Source: Catajapyx aquilonaris (lineage: Eukaryota). From it: a stretch of 64,000 nt of DNA. Position 1 is the first letter of the stretch. The number at the start of each line of letters is the position of its first letter. Location of the stretch: NCBI GenBank assembly GCA_000934665.2, contig KZ538238.1, positions 1 to 64,000 on the forward strand, in the 5' to 3' direction. This document shows positions 35,102 through 47,385 of the stretch, in pieces. Both the position numbers and the translations under genes were made by a program. The notes under the pieces were generated by a model. The model had not been told where the DNA came from. It made no database searches and saw nothing but the letters and a program-made list of their open reading frames with translations.

Positions 35102-38100
35102 GCAATTGCTCAAGGCCAGTGCAGTCACTTGCAGACACAAGGTAGCAGATCTGAAGCTCAAATTAGCCTCTTCCTCACGACTTGTCAGGAAGAGGCCTTT
35201 CTTGGAGGCTATTTTGAGCTTCAGGTCTGCTACCTTACCGCTGACTGTACTAACCGGGAAAAAAACCCGCATGTAAATGGTTCACTCACCTAAAGTACTC
35301 CCCATCCGCAGCATCCGCGTTTTTGGCCTGGTCCAACAGCCTCTTCAGCTGCCTTCCAACCTGGCCGACTCTCATCTCCTCCATCTCCTTCCTCAATCCC
35401 TCCACCAGCTTCTGCCTAACGTGACCATCCTCAATGTCCTCGTCATTATCCTCCTCTTCCTGGTCCTCTTCAGTCTTATTCCCACCCAGATCCGTCTCCT
35501 CAAGCTCATTCCCTACGTGGGCATGCCTCTTGAAGTCCTCCTGAACGACTTGCAGCACCTTGTTCACCATCTTCTCTACGTCATCCTGGAATCCGGATAT
35601 ATCCAGGCTGATGCTGGAATGGGATTCCTCGCTCTTCCAGGATTCAAACTGCCTGGATTGGCTCCTCATTCGATTTTCCACCCACTCCAAGGACCGCAGA
35701 GAGGCCGGATCATCATCCGAATTGCTCCTTTTGAAGCCGGCTCTGATGGATCGGATGTCTTCGGCCAGGTTGGACAGACGGTGGTATCCGGCGGATAGGA
35801 CCTGAAGTTGGTCAAGGCTGACCAGACGGGTCACTCCTTCCTGTCGGCTGAAGCTGGGTGTCCGAACGGAGGCGGCCACTTTGTCCAGACTGGACAGGCA
35901 TGATTGGAGGATATCCCGAGCAGACTGGTAAGCAGGGTCATCTCTGGTGGCCAGCAGCGTCGGAGGAAGATTTTGGACACTCAATCGGGATGATATCTCG
36001 GACGACGATTGGGACGGACATGCTTCGAGAATCAACATGAACTGCTGCAGAGTCATGCTTGAAGCAGTGCACAACTCATGCAGTCGATCCTGGAAAAAAA
36101 CACAATTGCAAATGCCGACATCACCAGCTGCACATCATGATTTATTCCTAATGATTTTTAAAAAAATCAGTACGGCAATGCTTTTGTAACGTACCATCCA
36201 CATGTCAGTTTCATGTTGTGGAGGTGGACTTTGATCTGCCTTTCTGACAAGCTTCTCCAACTGCAGCAGGTTCTGTCGGATATTCCACACTGCCTCAAAA
36301 TCCTCTGCCATCATGTGTTGCTGTTCGGTTGCCAGAAACTGCAATGGCACATACATAATGTAATTCCCAGCATTCCCAGCATGGAACAAATAGATCGAAC
36401 GTTAACATACCATGAGATGAAGTGAGAATCCTTCGCATCTTTCCAAAATTTGGGGACCCAGTTCCTTAGCCGGTTTGGCCATGCTGTCCTGCAATCCGGT
36501 CAACCTTGCGATGCACTTGTGAAAGTAACGTTCGCAATCGTTCCAAAGCTTCAAAACATTTTCATCCGGTTTCCTGAAGTTACCAAAATTAATAGTCTGA
36601 AAATTCCATTTAATTGTGGACTCACCTTTTCTTGAGGCTAATTAGTGCTGACGACATGTCCATAGGAGGGAGTAAAAACTGCTTGTTTTCCGAGTCGGAT
36701 TTCAGGACAGTTTTTCCCTTTCGATACGACAGCCCCATTTGCTGCAAGTACTTGAACAAGTCACTCAGACCTTTACGTCTCCGCTGGTGGAGGTGATGAA
36801 TCTCTTTCTTCCGACGCTTCTCATCCGCGTCTTCACTAATCTGTAATCAACCGCAATTAGTCACCTGCTGGGAAATAATCACGGTGCGGGATCACTCACT
36901 TCATCTTTCTGCAGTTCGTGCACTTCCATAATTAATTCGCCCACAAAACCATCCAGCCGACATATGAGCGAAGGATAGGAAGATCCTAAAATGATTTCTT
37001 TGCACAATTTCTTGGAACGGGTTGATAGATGCGGAAGACGCACGAGTCGAGACCCTTCTCTTGCACATGTCAATGGCAGTTCCTGCGGATATCGGTTTAC
37101 GTAAATTATCACAATTACAATGTGACATTGTACTTGCCTTCAACTGTGTGTCGATCACATAGCAGTTCGGACTTAACGACATGAAAGCATGAAATGGTGT
37201 TTCTTTCTCAGCCGGAATATTTTCTGGGATGACTTCCAGTTCCATATCCCCAAGAACTGGTCGTACAGGCTCCTGCAATGCTTTCTGCAACAAGAAATAA
37301 AAAATATATTCCCTAAAAAACTGTAACTAGTTAAAGCAACAATTACCTCAAAATCTTTGATGCATCTGTGCAGTGTTCGATGTGTCTTTTCCATCGAAGT
37401 CTTCAAGTCCCAATAATTGATATCCCTCTTGCGCTTACTGTCACTCCATCGCTGGATCTTCACGTACTCTTTCATCCTCTTCTCAATTGGAGACCGAAGT
37501 GACGCCAGCTTGTTGGCAACTTTGTCCACAAACTGGATGTAGAATTGGTGCGTGTTCCACAAGATCCGCAACAAATCCTCTGTAAAATTATGGAGAGATT
37601 ATTGATCAGTTCAGGTCGTAACTTGAAGTGACAATAGTTCACCTTGTCGCTCAGACTGATCTCGATGAACAACATGGCAATGGAAGTCATACAAGATGCT
37701 CAGTCTCGTATCAAAATCGGCTAGTGTTGCCTTCTCTATAAAATCTTGAAGCGTCTTGATCAACTCGACACGTGACACATCATCCGCATCAGGATTCAGG
37801 TACGATTCAATCACAAGGTAGAGATGAAACCAGTACTTGCTCGCATGATTCTTTGTCCTGAAATTAAATTAATTTCACATAATATATTTATGTCACCAAA
37901 TGATCTGCAGTACATACCTTTCCAGGGCTGTGCTCAAACATTTTTTCCAGCAGCTCAGCTCCAACGTGCGCCACGAAATAATCTTGTCTTCAATTGCTTC
38001 CAAGTGCACCTTGATGGAAACCCCCTTGTGGGCGTTACTCTCCCACTCCTGTGCTTTGCCCAAAAGTTTCTCCAGGCCCGTCAGAAACTTCATTACTGGC

Positions 38101-41100
38101 TGGGTGATGGGGAAGCTCAAAAGGCGATCCGTGAAGGACAAGACCTTTCAAAAAAAAAAAAAAAAGTCAGGAACCAACAATTTATTATCAATTACCAAAA
38201 AGGATTTGTGCTGCGATGTTATACCTGCTTCAGGATGGGATAATCAGGCCATTCAATGAGCAGCTCTCGTATGCGCCGTGCTAGTCCATCCAAAATGGGC
38301 CGACATGTGCGAACTTCAGGAACGTTGGAATCCTTATAAAAGTCATACGTTTTCTGAGCAAGTCTTCCGAAATCTGCACGACCTTCTTTGATTAAGTCGT
38401 GCAGCATTTTGGTGACAATCAGGAAGCCTCCGTGCAACTCATGATCTACTTCGCAGTTCAAGTATGGAGCAAGCTTCTGAATCAACTTTGCTGTTGTCTC
38501 ATACCTGAAACAAAATCAAGGGTGTAACAGTATGATTATTTATGCAAACGTAATATGTACATACCGTAAGAGCCATGTGCTCACGAAATCCGCTTTTTCT
38601 TTCGTCTCCTTAGGGTGTAGCCAGTGGCTCTTTGTGTATCCGCGAAATATGATGGAATGAATATGAACCACCTGAGCCATATCTTCGACTGACAAAAATG
38701 GAAAATTGTCATCGGACAGTGCGGGTGTTGATGTCGTCTCCTCAACATCGCCCAACTGATGGGAATCCATCAAGTCAACATATTCAGTCTCGTATGTCGG
38801 ATAAGCCTCGAGCAGTTCACGCTTCAGTTGCTCATCCTCAGGAAGGTCCTCAAATCGAGCCTTCCCTCTATTTGCGTTTAATTTTAAAAAATATGAAATA
38901 ACACTCGTTTACATATGAGCATTTTATACTCACTTGAGATGATACAGGCTCTCGGCTTCAGCACGTTTGTCCTCCAGTTTCTTATCTTGTTGTGCCCAAA
39001 TCTCAGCAAACCTTTCAAACAACCCTGACATTGTCGCGAGTAATGGCTTGGTAAGTATTCCGGTAACCAAAACTTCATTAGTAACTTCAAGTAAGGCCAC
39101 TTTCAGCAATCTGAAACCGCATGTTGCATTAATAATGATAGAATAGCAATTATTACATCACACTTTGCATACCTGCGCTTTTCATGTTGCGCCAAATTGT
39201 CGCTCTCTAAACTACACTCGATCATGTTGCACACTTCTGATGATGTGCACAAATTGGCCAATTGCACTGGCCTTTCCTGGCCTGGTCCAAGTGAAGGAAA
39301 TTGACCCAACTTGCTCAGAGTAACTTCTGGAGAGCTAACATGTCTTGATTGAAGCTCTCGCTTCTTTTGTGCGGACTGAAGCAAGTTGGATAATTGGTGC
39401 ATGCCATGGATTGTCTGCGGGGGAAAAAAAAACACTTGTCCGTTAGCAACATTTTTCGAATAGGACAACAATTTTGTTGTAAAAAAATACCTGCAGTATT
39501 CCAAGTACAACAGGTGAGCTCAGATCTCGGTACCAGGTGTACTTTTGCATTAGTTTTTCAACCACAGCCCATTGCGATTTTTCCCATGTTGATTCTTCAT
39601 TCCCGATTTTGTCAAATTTCGACACTTTGCGACCTTCTTTTAACGACTGTATTGACGATAGCAACCTGTTACGAAGGGACTCAACCTTTTCGGTCGACCC
39701 TATTTTCGACACATAGTAATTCAATTCCTGGAAGAATAAAAAAACAATGCATACAACTGGGAGACCGAGTAACAAAATTACATTTTCCAGACTTGATATG
39801 CAGAATGATCAAGATACATTTTTTTCTAAAGATTATAGCAGATGAAATGTTTAAATCAATTGAGACCAAAAATCTTTCTGCATATGTCAGGTCTTCATTT
39901 CGACACAATGCAAAAACGTACATTTTTGAGCGATTCAAACAACGGCGTTTCTGGTCTAACCGCAGCGTTTTCCTTCAGCCGTTCCTGCTTCTTCAGCAGC
40001 CTTTCCTTCCTCTTGACACGTTCTCTCAGATGCGGATGAGACCTAGAGTCTCCAGCATCCATCTCCAGTCCGGTAACCACGAGATGATGCAAACTGTGAG
40101 CCTCCAGGATCATCTCAATCTCGTCCAAGTCTTCCTCAACATAATGTAAGGAGAGCCTCTGCTTCTCTGCAGGATCGACCAGACCCACCGAAGACATGAG
40201 CAAGGTCAGCAAATGACCTGACCTGACCCACACTTTGGCAGCCTCCAATTGCACCGTTTCAGATGGCGATTGAACCTTCAGGCTCTCTATCAGCTCCGAT
40301 GTTTCTTCGATCAAATTGACTGCTTGGGTGCATACGCCTGGAGGCAACTGCATGTCCTTTATTGAATCAGATGCCAGGTTGAGGAATTCAGACACCTTCA
40401 AATCATTGGCATCCACTGACGCTTGCAACAACTGAGACGCCTGAATCGACACCACCGAAAACAACAGCTTACAGGAGGACGCAACAGCTCTTTTAGCATC
40501 GTTCAACCTGCACGAAAAAATTTAAAATAAATAAAACAACAATTATTCTTTTTAAACCCAGATATGCCTACACATAGGACACTTGTAAAGTTGTTATTAA
40601 TTTTCTAATTTAAAAATTCAGCACATAAAATTATTCAGGCACATTCGGGTTAAAAAAATAGTGTGCAATTTTTTCAGATCAGTAAATTATCATAGGTTGA
40701 AACATACCATGGACTGAACTGGTCGCTTTGAAGATCCGCCATGTTCCTCCACAGCGTTTCTCGCATGAAATCAAACATGTCCAGCTTCTCCTTATCCAGT
40801 CCCAACGGCACAGTTTCGACGCAGCTAACAACTCCATCAAAAGACCTGACCTCCGCGACTTTAGTCACACAGTAAGCCAACATTGGGCAGTTCAACGGAA
40901 CATAAATCTACAAAAAAAAACAAATGTTAAACAGGAAATTGCCATCTTAAATAATTGTGAGTGTCGCACCTGCTCTGATTCACGGTTATTCCAGTCTAGA
41001 AAACGTTCCGAGTTTTTCAATGCTTGGGACCTGTGCAGATAAAGCTGCAGCTGTATCATCAACTCTGTTTCCAGGCTTTTGGCCACCTGCTCCGGTCCTG

Positions 41101-44100
41101 AATCCATAGCGTGGCTCAGGAGAGCAACAAAGAGGGGTGGAACTAGCCTCGTTTGTCTGCCTTCACCCACCAAATTGGACGAGTTGGCCAAGGATTTCCC
41201 GCACGTGAGAATAACTGTTTGGTCCTCCTGAGAGCAGCGCAATACCTCCACTGACGTTCCCCATGAATTCGCAATCAGGAGCATGAACAAGTCATGGAAC
41301 GGCCACATCTGCACCTGGACACTCTCCAGCTGCTGGAGAGGACCTGGACAATTATCTTCATCCGTTTCCATCGACGATTCCGGACGCCTCATCAGGACAC
41401 ATTGGACAACACCGTTCAGTCCATTCACCTCTGTAGGGACACAATTAATTACAAACAATTTTTTTTGCAATTTTAAAGTGCATAATTACCTGATTGGTCG
41501 ACCGGATTGTTTCTAGCCGTTTCGACACTGATCCTCATCAAATTGTCCCATGCATCCTGTCCTTTTTCTCCCAATAAGAGCCGAATGCGGTCATCTTGTC
41601 TTCCAACATGACCAGGATCTTCCACATACCACAGTGACAAATCACGATTGATCCTGAAAAATTGATGGTACCTATAGTAGCGCTAACTAAAAGAGATTAA
41701 AATCACATACCTTCCCAACAGCTCGGAAGTTTGGGCAATTTGAGTGGCTTGGAATGGAAGTGGTCCTCCATTAATTCGGCGTAATTTCCTCGCCAGCTTG
41801 TGCTCAGATCCGGTTCCGAATTCGACGACTGATACGTCGATTTTGGAGCCAACCTCTCCGAAAATCAACTGTTGCTCTGTGCTGGGTACGGCTTTCTTCC
41901 ACCATCCCCAGTGTAAGGCCATTGCTGACACCACTCGTTTCCATGTATGGTCGTTCACAACCATGCTCTCCATATTGAAATACCTGCGCCTCCAATTCAA
42001 AACAGTGGTCATTTCAGGGCATTTGGTGTCCAAAGTTTGGACCGCCTTGTCGAATCCGGTTATTAGTGGCCAAAACTGAGCTATTATCTCGTGTCTAGCT
42101 TTGTCCTCAGGGCAAATCCGATCGGATATTCCCTTTGACAACTGGTACACTGTAAAGTCTTTCTTGGTTTTCTCAACCCACGGATGTTCAGATTGTTTGA
42201 TCAGAGCAAGCTGGACCAGCAACCAGAGTCTGTCTGCACAATCGGAAGGGTCACTCTGGGACAGCCATCTGATGTCAACCGGTCCACTGTTGGACTTCAG
42301 AGTGTCGTATATAACAGACGATTCTGTCAACGCTGTACCGGTCAGCATGTTATTCAACCAGCACATTCTTAGCTTCAAATCATCCTGGTGTCCCATCTGA
42401 TAGACCATTTGGACCAGTGTGGACATAAACTTATCCTTGTCACCCACAGCAGCCAACCTGCTCAACACCCCGTTGTCGTGATGTCCACTGTCGTCTGTAC
42501 GGTACAAATGAACAGCTGTGGACACCAAGCATCCGTCACGCTTGATGCTTGCCAGATGTGAATCTCGTATGACCTGATTTGCATCCAGGGCATGGTCTGG
42601 TGACACTCCGAGTGTCTGCAGGACCGTCGGGTAAGGTTGCAACACCTGTCTGACTGCCTGGTGACACTGTTGCTTCCAACTGACGTTGACCTGAGGCTTC
42701 ACGTATATATCCAGACAGCTTGACATGGCTGCAGTCGCGTCGTCAATCCCTCGTTGGAATTGCTCTTTCATTAAGGTCGAGGCGTGAAGAAGCTCCGAAA
42801 CAGACGGTTTCTCCGAAACTGCAGAACAGTACACTTTAAACCGACAAAAAAGCTTAACCGGAAAATGACAGCACTTACCTGGCATTATATCTCTAATCCT
42901 GTTATGAACCTGCAACAAAATCTGTTGCCTTTCGTTGCTCAACCCAACAGCTGACAACATCGCTGTCACATCAAAATCATCATATGGCGATTCATCAGGT
43001 CCAAGCATGTAAATCTCAACACCACGATTCCTCATAGCTCTACAATCCAATTGTTTCATAAAATATAAAGTTCGCCCCATATATTTTTTTTCCGGCATTT
43101 CAAACTGTACCTCGATATTTCTCCGTTCTTCGGATTCATCGCCAGAATCAATCTAAATTCCGGGTGTGGAGTAATACAGGGAACCTTCCCATCAATCACC
43201 CCTCGCTCATTAATCGTCAATACGCCCTTCGGTTCCAAGAGAGCGTTCAATCGATCCAAAACGGACGAGCTGCAGAAATTCACGTTGTCTATCAGGAGCC
43301 AGCTGCCTTCTTGCAGCGCCTGCGTTGCACACACACACAAAAAATGGGGACATTGCGACTCCAAAAAAAAAATTCAATTAAAAAAAAAACAACACGAACC
43401 TGAACCAAAATACTGTCGACCCATTCGAATCTGCCACCACTTTTGACACACCCTTGTTTCGACAGTGTGTCACATAAGCGGTCAACTTTTCTGGACAGAG
43501 ATTGTCGCTCTGAGGTTGTTATGTCACGAAGGATGCTCTTTATGGCGTCCAACTTCCTCTCGAAACTTTGCGTTTCTTCTACCAAAGTTTGCGTCGAATG
43601 GTCTGGAAAATTGGTGTTAGTCCCATTATATGCTGGCACACTGACCCGCATAATTTTTTTTCGCACATTGATTTCATTTTATCAGTCAGAAAAAAAAGCA
43701 TGACCTCAAAAATAAGATTTCCGGACATTAAATTACCCTTTTAAAAAATCTACATTAATGTCATTTCAGGCTCATCTCTCTGAAGTGGACAACTCTATTT
43801 GGAAATCCTCTCAGGATCACAAGTGTAATATTATTTGCATGATTAATTAATCTCGTCATATGCTGCTTCGTGGCCCGCCTTCGCGAAATTGGCGCGAACA
43901 AATTTTGATTCCATATCACACGCATATACTGACGATTTTGTTACCAGCACACTATAGGTACTCCAAATGCATTAAAATATGCACCATGTGAACTTTTGGA
44001 AGCTGCATAATATGCATTAACAAAAATTCGGGATCCGGACTTTTCGCCCCCGCCGTTTCGCCCCCTGGCGTCGGGGGCCAATATGCCGGGGGCGAAAAGT

Positions 44101-44383
44101 CCGATACCCCAAAAATTCATCAAATGAATAATCAAATGCAAGGATTTCATACGGTGCATATTCACTTCATGCAGTTCATGCTTATCTATTTTTTTCTGGA
44201 GTGTACTGTACATAAGAGTCACTTACCTTCAGCCATAAGTGTCTTGAGCTGCCTCCATTTCTTCAGCCGATCCTTCACGCTGGTCAGATCCTTACCTTTG
44301 TCCAGAAGCAGATTGCGAACATCCGCCAACAAAAGACCTTCCAGTCGGCCAACCACCACCTCCAAATGGCGATAGAGGTCAGC
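30197..44383 (-). CDS. MDN1: Midasin (Rea1) AAA-ATPase, 3' portion, roughly 30 exons: end of the AAA ring, linker, acidic D/E region and MIDAS/vWA domain. The 5' exons were not found in the window.
   Basis: AAA6 motifs GGRFEWVDSILV, LLIDNVNFCSSSVLDRLNALLEP, HPEFRLILAMNP and ISRAMRNRGVEI. Linker motif QKGFCLP, then GGGLGEGEGAKDVSDQIESEDQLE. MIDAS domain LQGDYRTGKRLNMRKVIPYVASQFRKDKIWLRR, AIDDSSSM, IIVSDGRG and LSDALRQWFE. Confidence 0.96.
35035..35101. repeat. (TTA)n microsatellite
   Basis: Directly visible. Confidence 0.95.
35139..35236. repeat. ~98-bp inverted repeat with 32-bp arms (2 mismatches) in a midasin intron
   Basis: aaggtagcagatctgaagctcaaattagcctc versus gaggctattttgagcttcaggtctgctacctt. 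Confidence 0.85.
44030..44110. mobile_element. Very small GC-rich inverted-repeat element (MITE remnant)
   Basis: cggacttttcgccccc ... gggggcgaaaagtccg, with an internal tttcgccccc repeat. Confidence 0.55.
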
Positions 44384-46392
44384 CTGTGTGAGATAAAAAA
44401 AAAGCAGAAAAGAAACATTGTTAGCGTTTTTCAACAACAACAACAAAATATATAATCCAAACGGGTTGGTAAGAAAAACCCCTTCGCTAATAGGACAGTA
44501 CATCTTTCTATGCCAGGAGTTGAAGTCATATTTCTTTTTCATCCATCCATTAGTCTTCCAGCTCCCAATCTCTTCCATGACTTGAAGGAAAAATTGCGGG
44601 CCTCACGAATATTCTTTCCACTTTTTTTTTACTCCGGTACGAGCAGGAAAAAAAAAATCGGCACAATCATTGGCCTCGTTATTTTCGCTTTTTCCTTGTT
44701 CGGTCCACACTGGTTTTGTGGACAGAGAAAGATTGGCTCATCTTTTTCCATTTTTAGATGGTCGCGTCATGTTTCCAGATCTGATTCTGGGTCCAAGTAA
44801 AAGCATTGCTAAACACACACTGTCATGAAAATATACCGCCCCCCCCACCCACTCAAAAAAAATAAATCGATTGATTCCAATTTTTTCCCCATGGGAATTC
44901 CCCCCTGCAAAAAGGTGGCTGGAGGCCGAAACAAAGGGCTTTGAATAGCACATGTCAATCCCAATGATCCCTCTCTGAGGGGAATAATCATCCGGATCCA
45001 ATTTCCCCCCGAATGCAATCAGACACGAGTGAATTGGGGGGAAAAGAGCCGAAGCCGAAATGTTAACTGCAAACCGCAATGAGTAATGATCGCAAATTTT
45101 GAACCAGTGCCCGAAAAAAAAAAGTTACGCACACCATTACAATGCACCAAGAAAACTTTCCAGAGATTCGATCCGTCAAATAATTTCGCACTTTTACATC
45201 CAATAAGTGGTAGCAATTTTGGACCCTCGGGAAATTCATCTCGAGAGACTAAAAGCCCCGGACATTATCGGACGAATCATAATGACGAGGAACGTGGGGT
45301 AGTTAATATCCAAAAAAGTCTCCTATAGAAAACGAGGCTCCTGTGAGTTGGACAACGTCATAACCTGGTCCATTCCTTACCATTAAATATGCGGTGCACT
45401 GAGAGCAAAAAGGTGTCATACAGGTTTTATTATCATTCTTGAGGCTTATTCTCTCCGTCGGATATTTGCACGACCTGCGCTATCGACCTGAAGGTGGCAG
45501 AAGTGTGCAGACAAGGTGCGCCATCTATCCGTGATGAACAGTACAACGTGGTAAATCGGCGGGCCATTTCCTTATCACTGCCAATTTCGGCAAAGGGTTC
45601 ACTATAAATATTTAATACTACAAAATGGGCAAAAACCGACATGTTTAGACGTTGCAACCGGTTGCAACATGACTCCAGGGAAATAACCTTATTTGTACCT
45701 CACTATCTAGCACTCTTGCAACGAACGAACTATTGACACTCTGACATGACATCCAAGAGGGGGGGGGGGGGGGNAAAAAACCCCCGAACGTCTCCATAAG
45801 TGAATGCGACACCTCCCGAGAGTCCCATCCATCAACAAGCCCTCCTAGGGTTGTCGAGATCAACTCCAAGCGATAATTTCGACTGCCCCCGGTGTGAAAT
45901 TCGGTTCTACCCATGTTCTCTCTCTTTACTTTTTACTTTCTTTTTTTTTCATATCCAGAGAGAGGAGGGGGTTATCTTCCTAGCTAAGTGCTGGGGAGTC
46001 CCCAAAGACCGGAAAGAGTTGAAAGCAGCTTCTGTGTGAGAGTGCAAAGCGGAAGGTAATGTCGTCCTCTACCTCCTGGTCCCCCCAACCTCCCCATCAA
46101 AAAAAAAGGGGGGGGGGGGGGGNGTAGTCATTCGGATTGGAGGGAAAAAATGCTCCAGGTTGATTTCATAAAGGGGGTGATTTACTCTTCAAGCACATTT
46201 AACGCATCTCTACTCACCCATGTACTGAACAGAGCTTTCCCCCCCGCAAAAATATATATACCAAGAGCTCGTTAAAGTTCGTACAATCCGCGTCACAAGC
46301 ACTCGTAACAAACGGTGCGAGTAATTTGCAAACCATTTCCACGCTACGTTTAACACTTCATCAGCTTCCCCCCCCCCCCCCCAGTCCTTTTA

Positions 46393-46599
46393 NNNNNNNN
46401 NNNNNNNNNNNNNNNNNNNNNNNNNNNNNNNNNNNNNNNNNNNNNNNNNNNNNNNNNNNNNNNNNNNNNNNNNNNNNNNNNNNNNNNNNNNNNNNNNNNN
46501 NNNNNNNNNNNNNNNNNNNNNNNNNNNNNNNNNNNNNNNNNNNNNNNNNNNNNNNNNNNNNNNNNNNNNNNNNNNNNNNNNNNNNNNNNNNNNNNNNNN
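46393..46599. other. Assembly gap (N run) flanked by poly-C tracts
   Basis: Run of N characters. Confidence 0.99.
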
Positions 46600-46869
46600 C
46601 CCCCCCCCGGATTGATGCGGAACATGCCTCCACATTTGAAGTCAGCAAGTGCATGGTTGCATCAGCCCCAGCCATTTTGACGGCCTCCAGAAGAATTACA
46701 GGGGATCAAAAAGCACGCAAATTGCAGGTAGTTAAGGGGACCCAATTGGGGGGATGTTGAAAAATTTCTCAACAGTCAACACAAAGTGGTATGCACAATA
46801 GGCTGGAAAAATGCTCCAAAATGGAGCAGGGCAGCTAGACAAACTCAACTGAAATGCGCTGGATTTTTT

Positions 46870-47385
46870 AAAATACGTAAGTTGGTTCTGCGTACGTCGG
46901 TCCTATACATACGTATACGTATACGTATGCGCAAGCCAGTCCTATACGTACGTATACGCACGTGTAGAACTGACTTACGTATACGTATACGTAAGTATAG
47001 GACTGACTTACGTAGAACCTATAGGCCTTACGTATACGTATACGTAAGTATAGGACTGACTTACGTAGAACCTATAGGCCTTACGTATACGTATAGGTAT
47101 ACGTAAGTATAGGACTGACTTACGTAGAACCTATAGGCCTTACGTATACGTAAGCCAGTCCTATACGTACGCATACGTACACGTAAGCCAGTCCTATACG
47201 TACGTATACGTATACGTAAGCCAGTCCTATACGTACGTATACGTATACGTAAGTATACATATATGTACTGTACGTATACGTATACATAAGTCAGTCCTAT
47301 ACACACGTATACGTAAGTAGGCCTAGGTTCTGCGTAAGTCAGTTCTATACGTAAGTTGGTTCTACGTAAGTCGGGACTGCCTGTT
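46870..47385. repeat. TACGTA-rich complex tandem and inverted repeat array
   Basis: Many tacgtatacg units with aagccagtcctatacg and cgtaagtataggactgactt modules in both orientations. It ends ctacgtaagtcgggactgcctg. Confidence 0.85.

Noticed and set aside
691..44383. Functional proteostasis cluster (CCT8, sHSPs, F-box, midasin)
   Set aside because: Mixed orientations and unrelated genes are interspersed, consistent with an ordinary gene-dense housekeeping region.
45433..45657. Candidate upstream midasin exon
   Set aside because: No midasin AAA motifs were recognisable in the translation.
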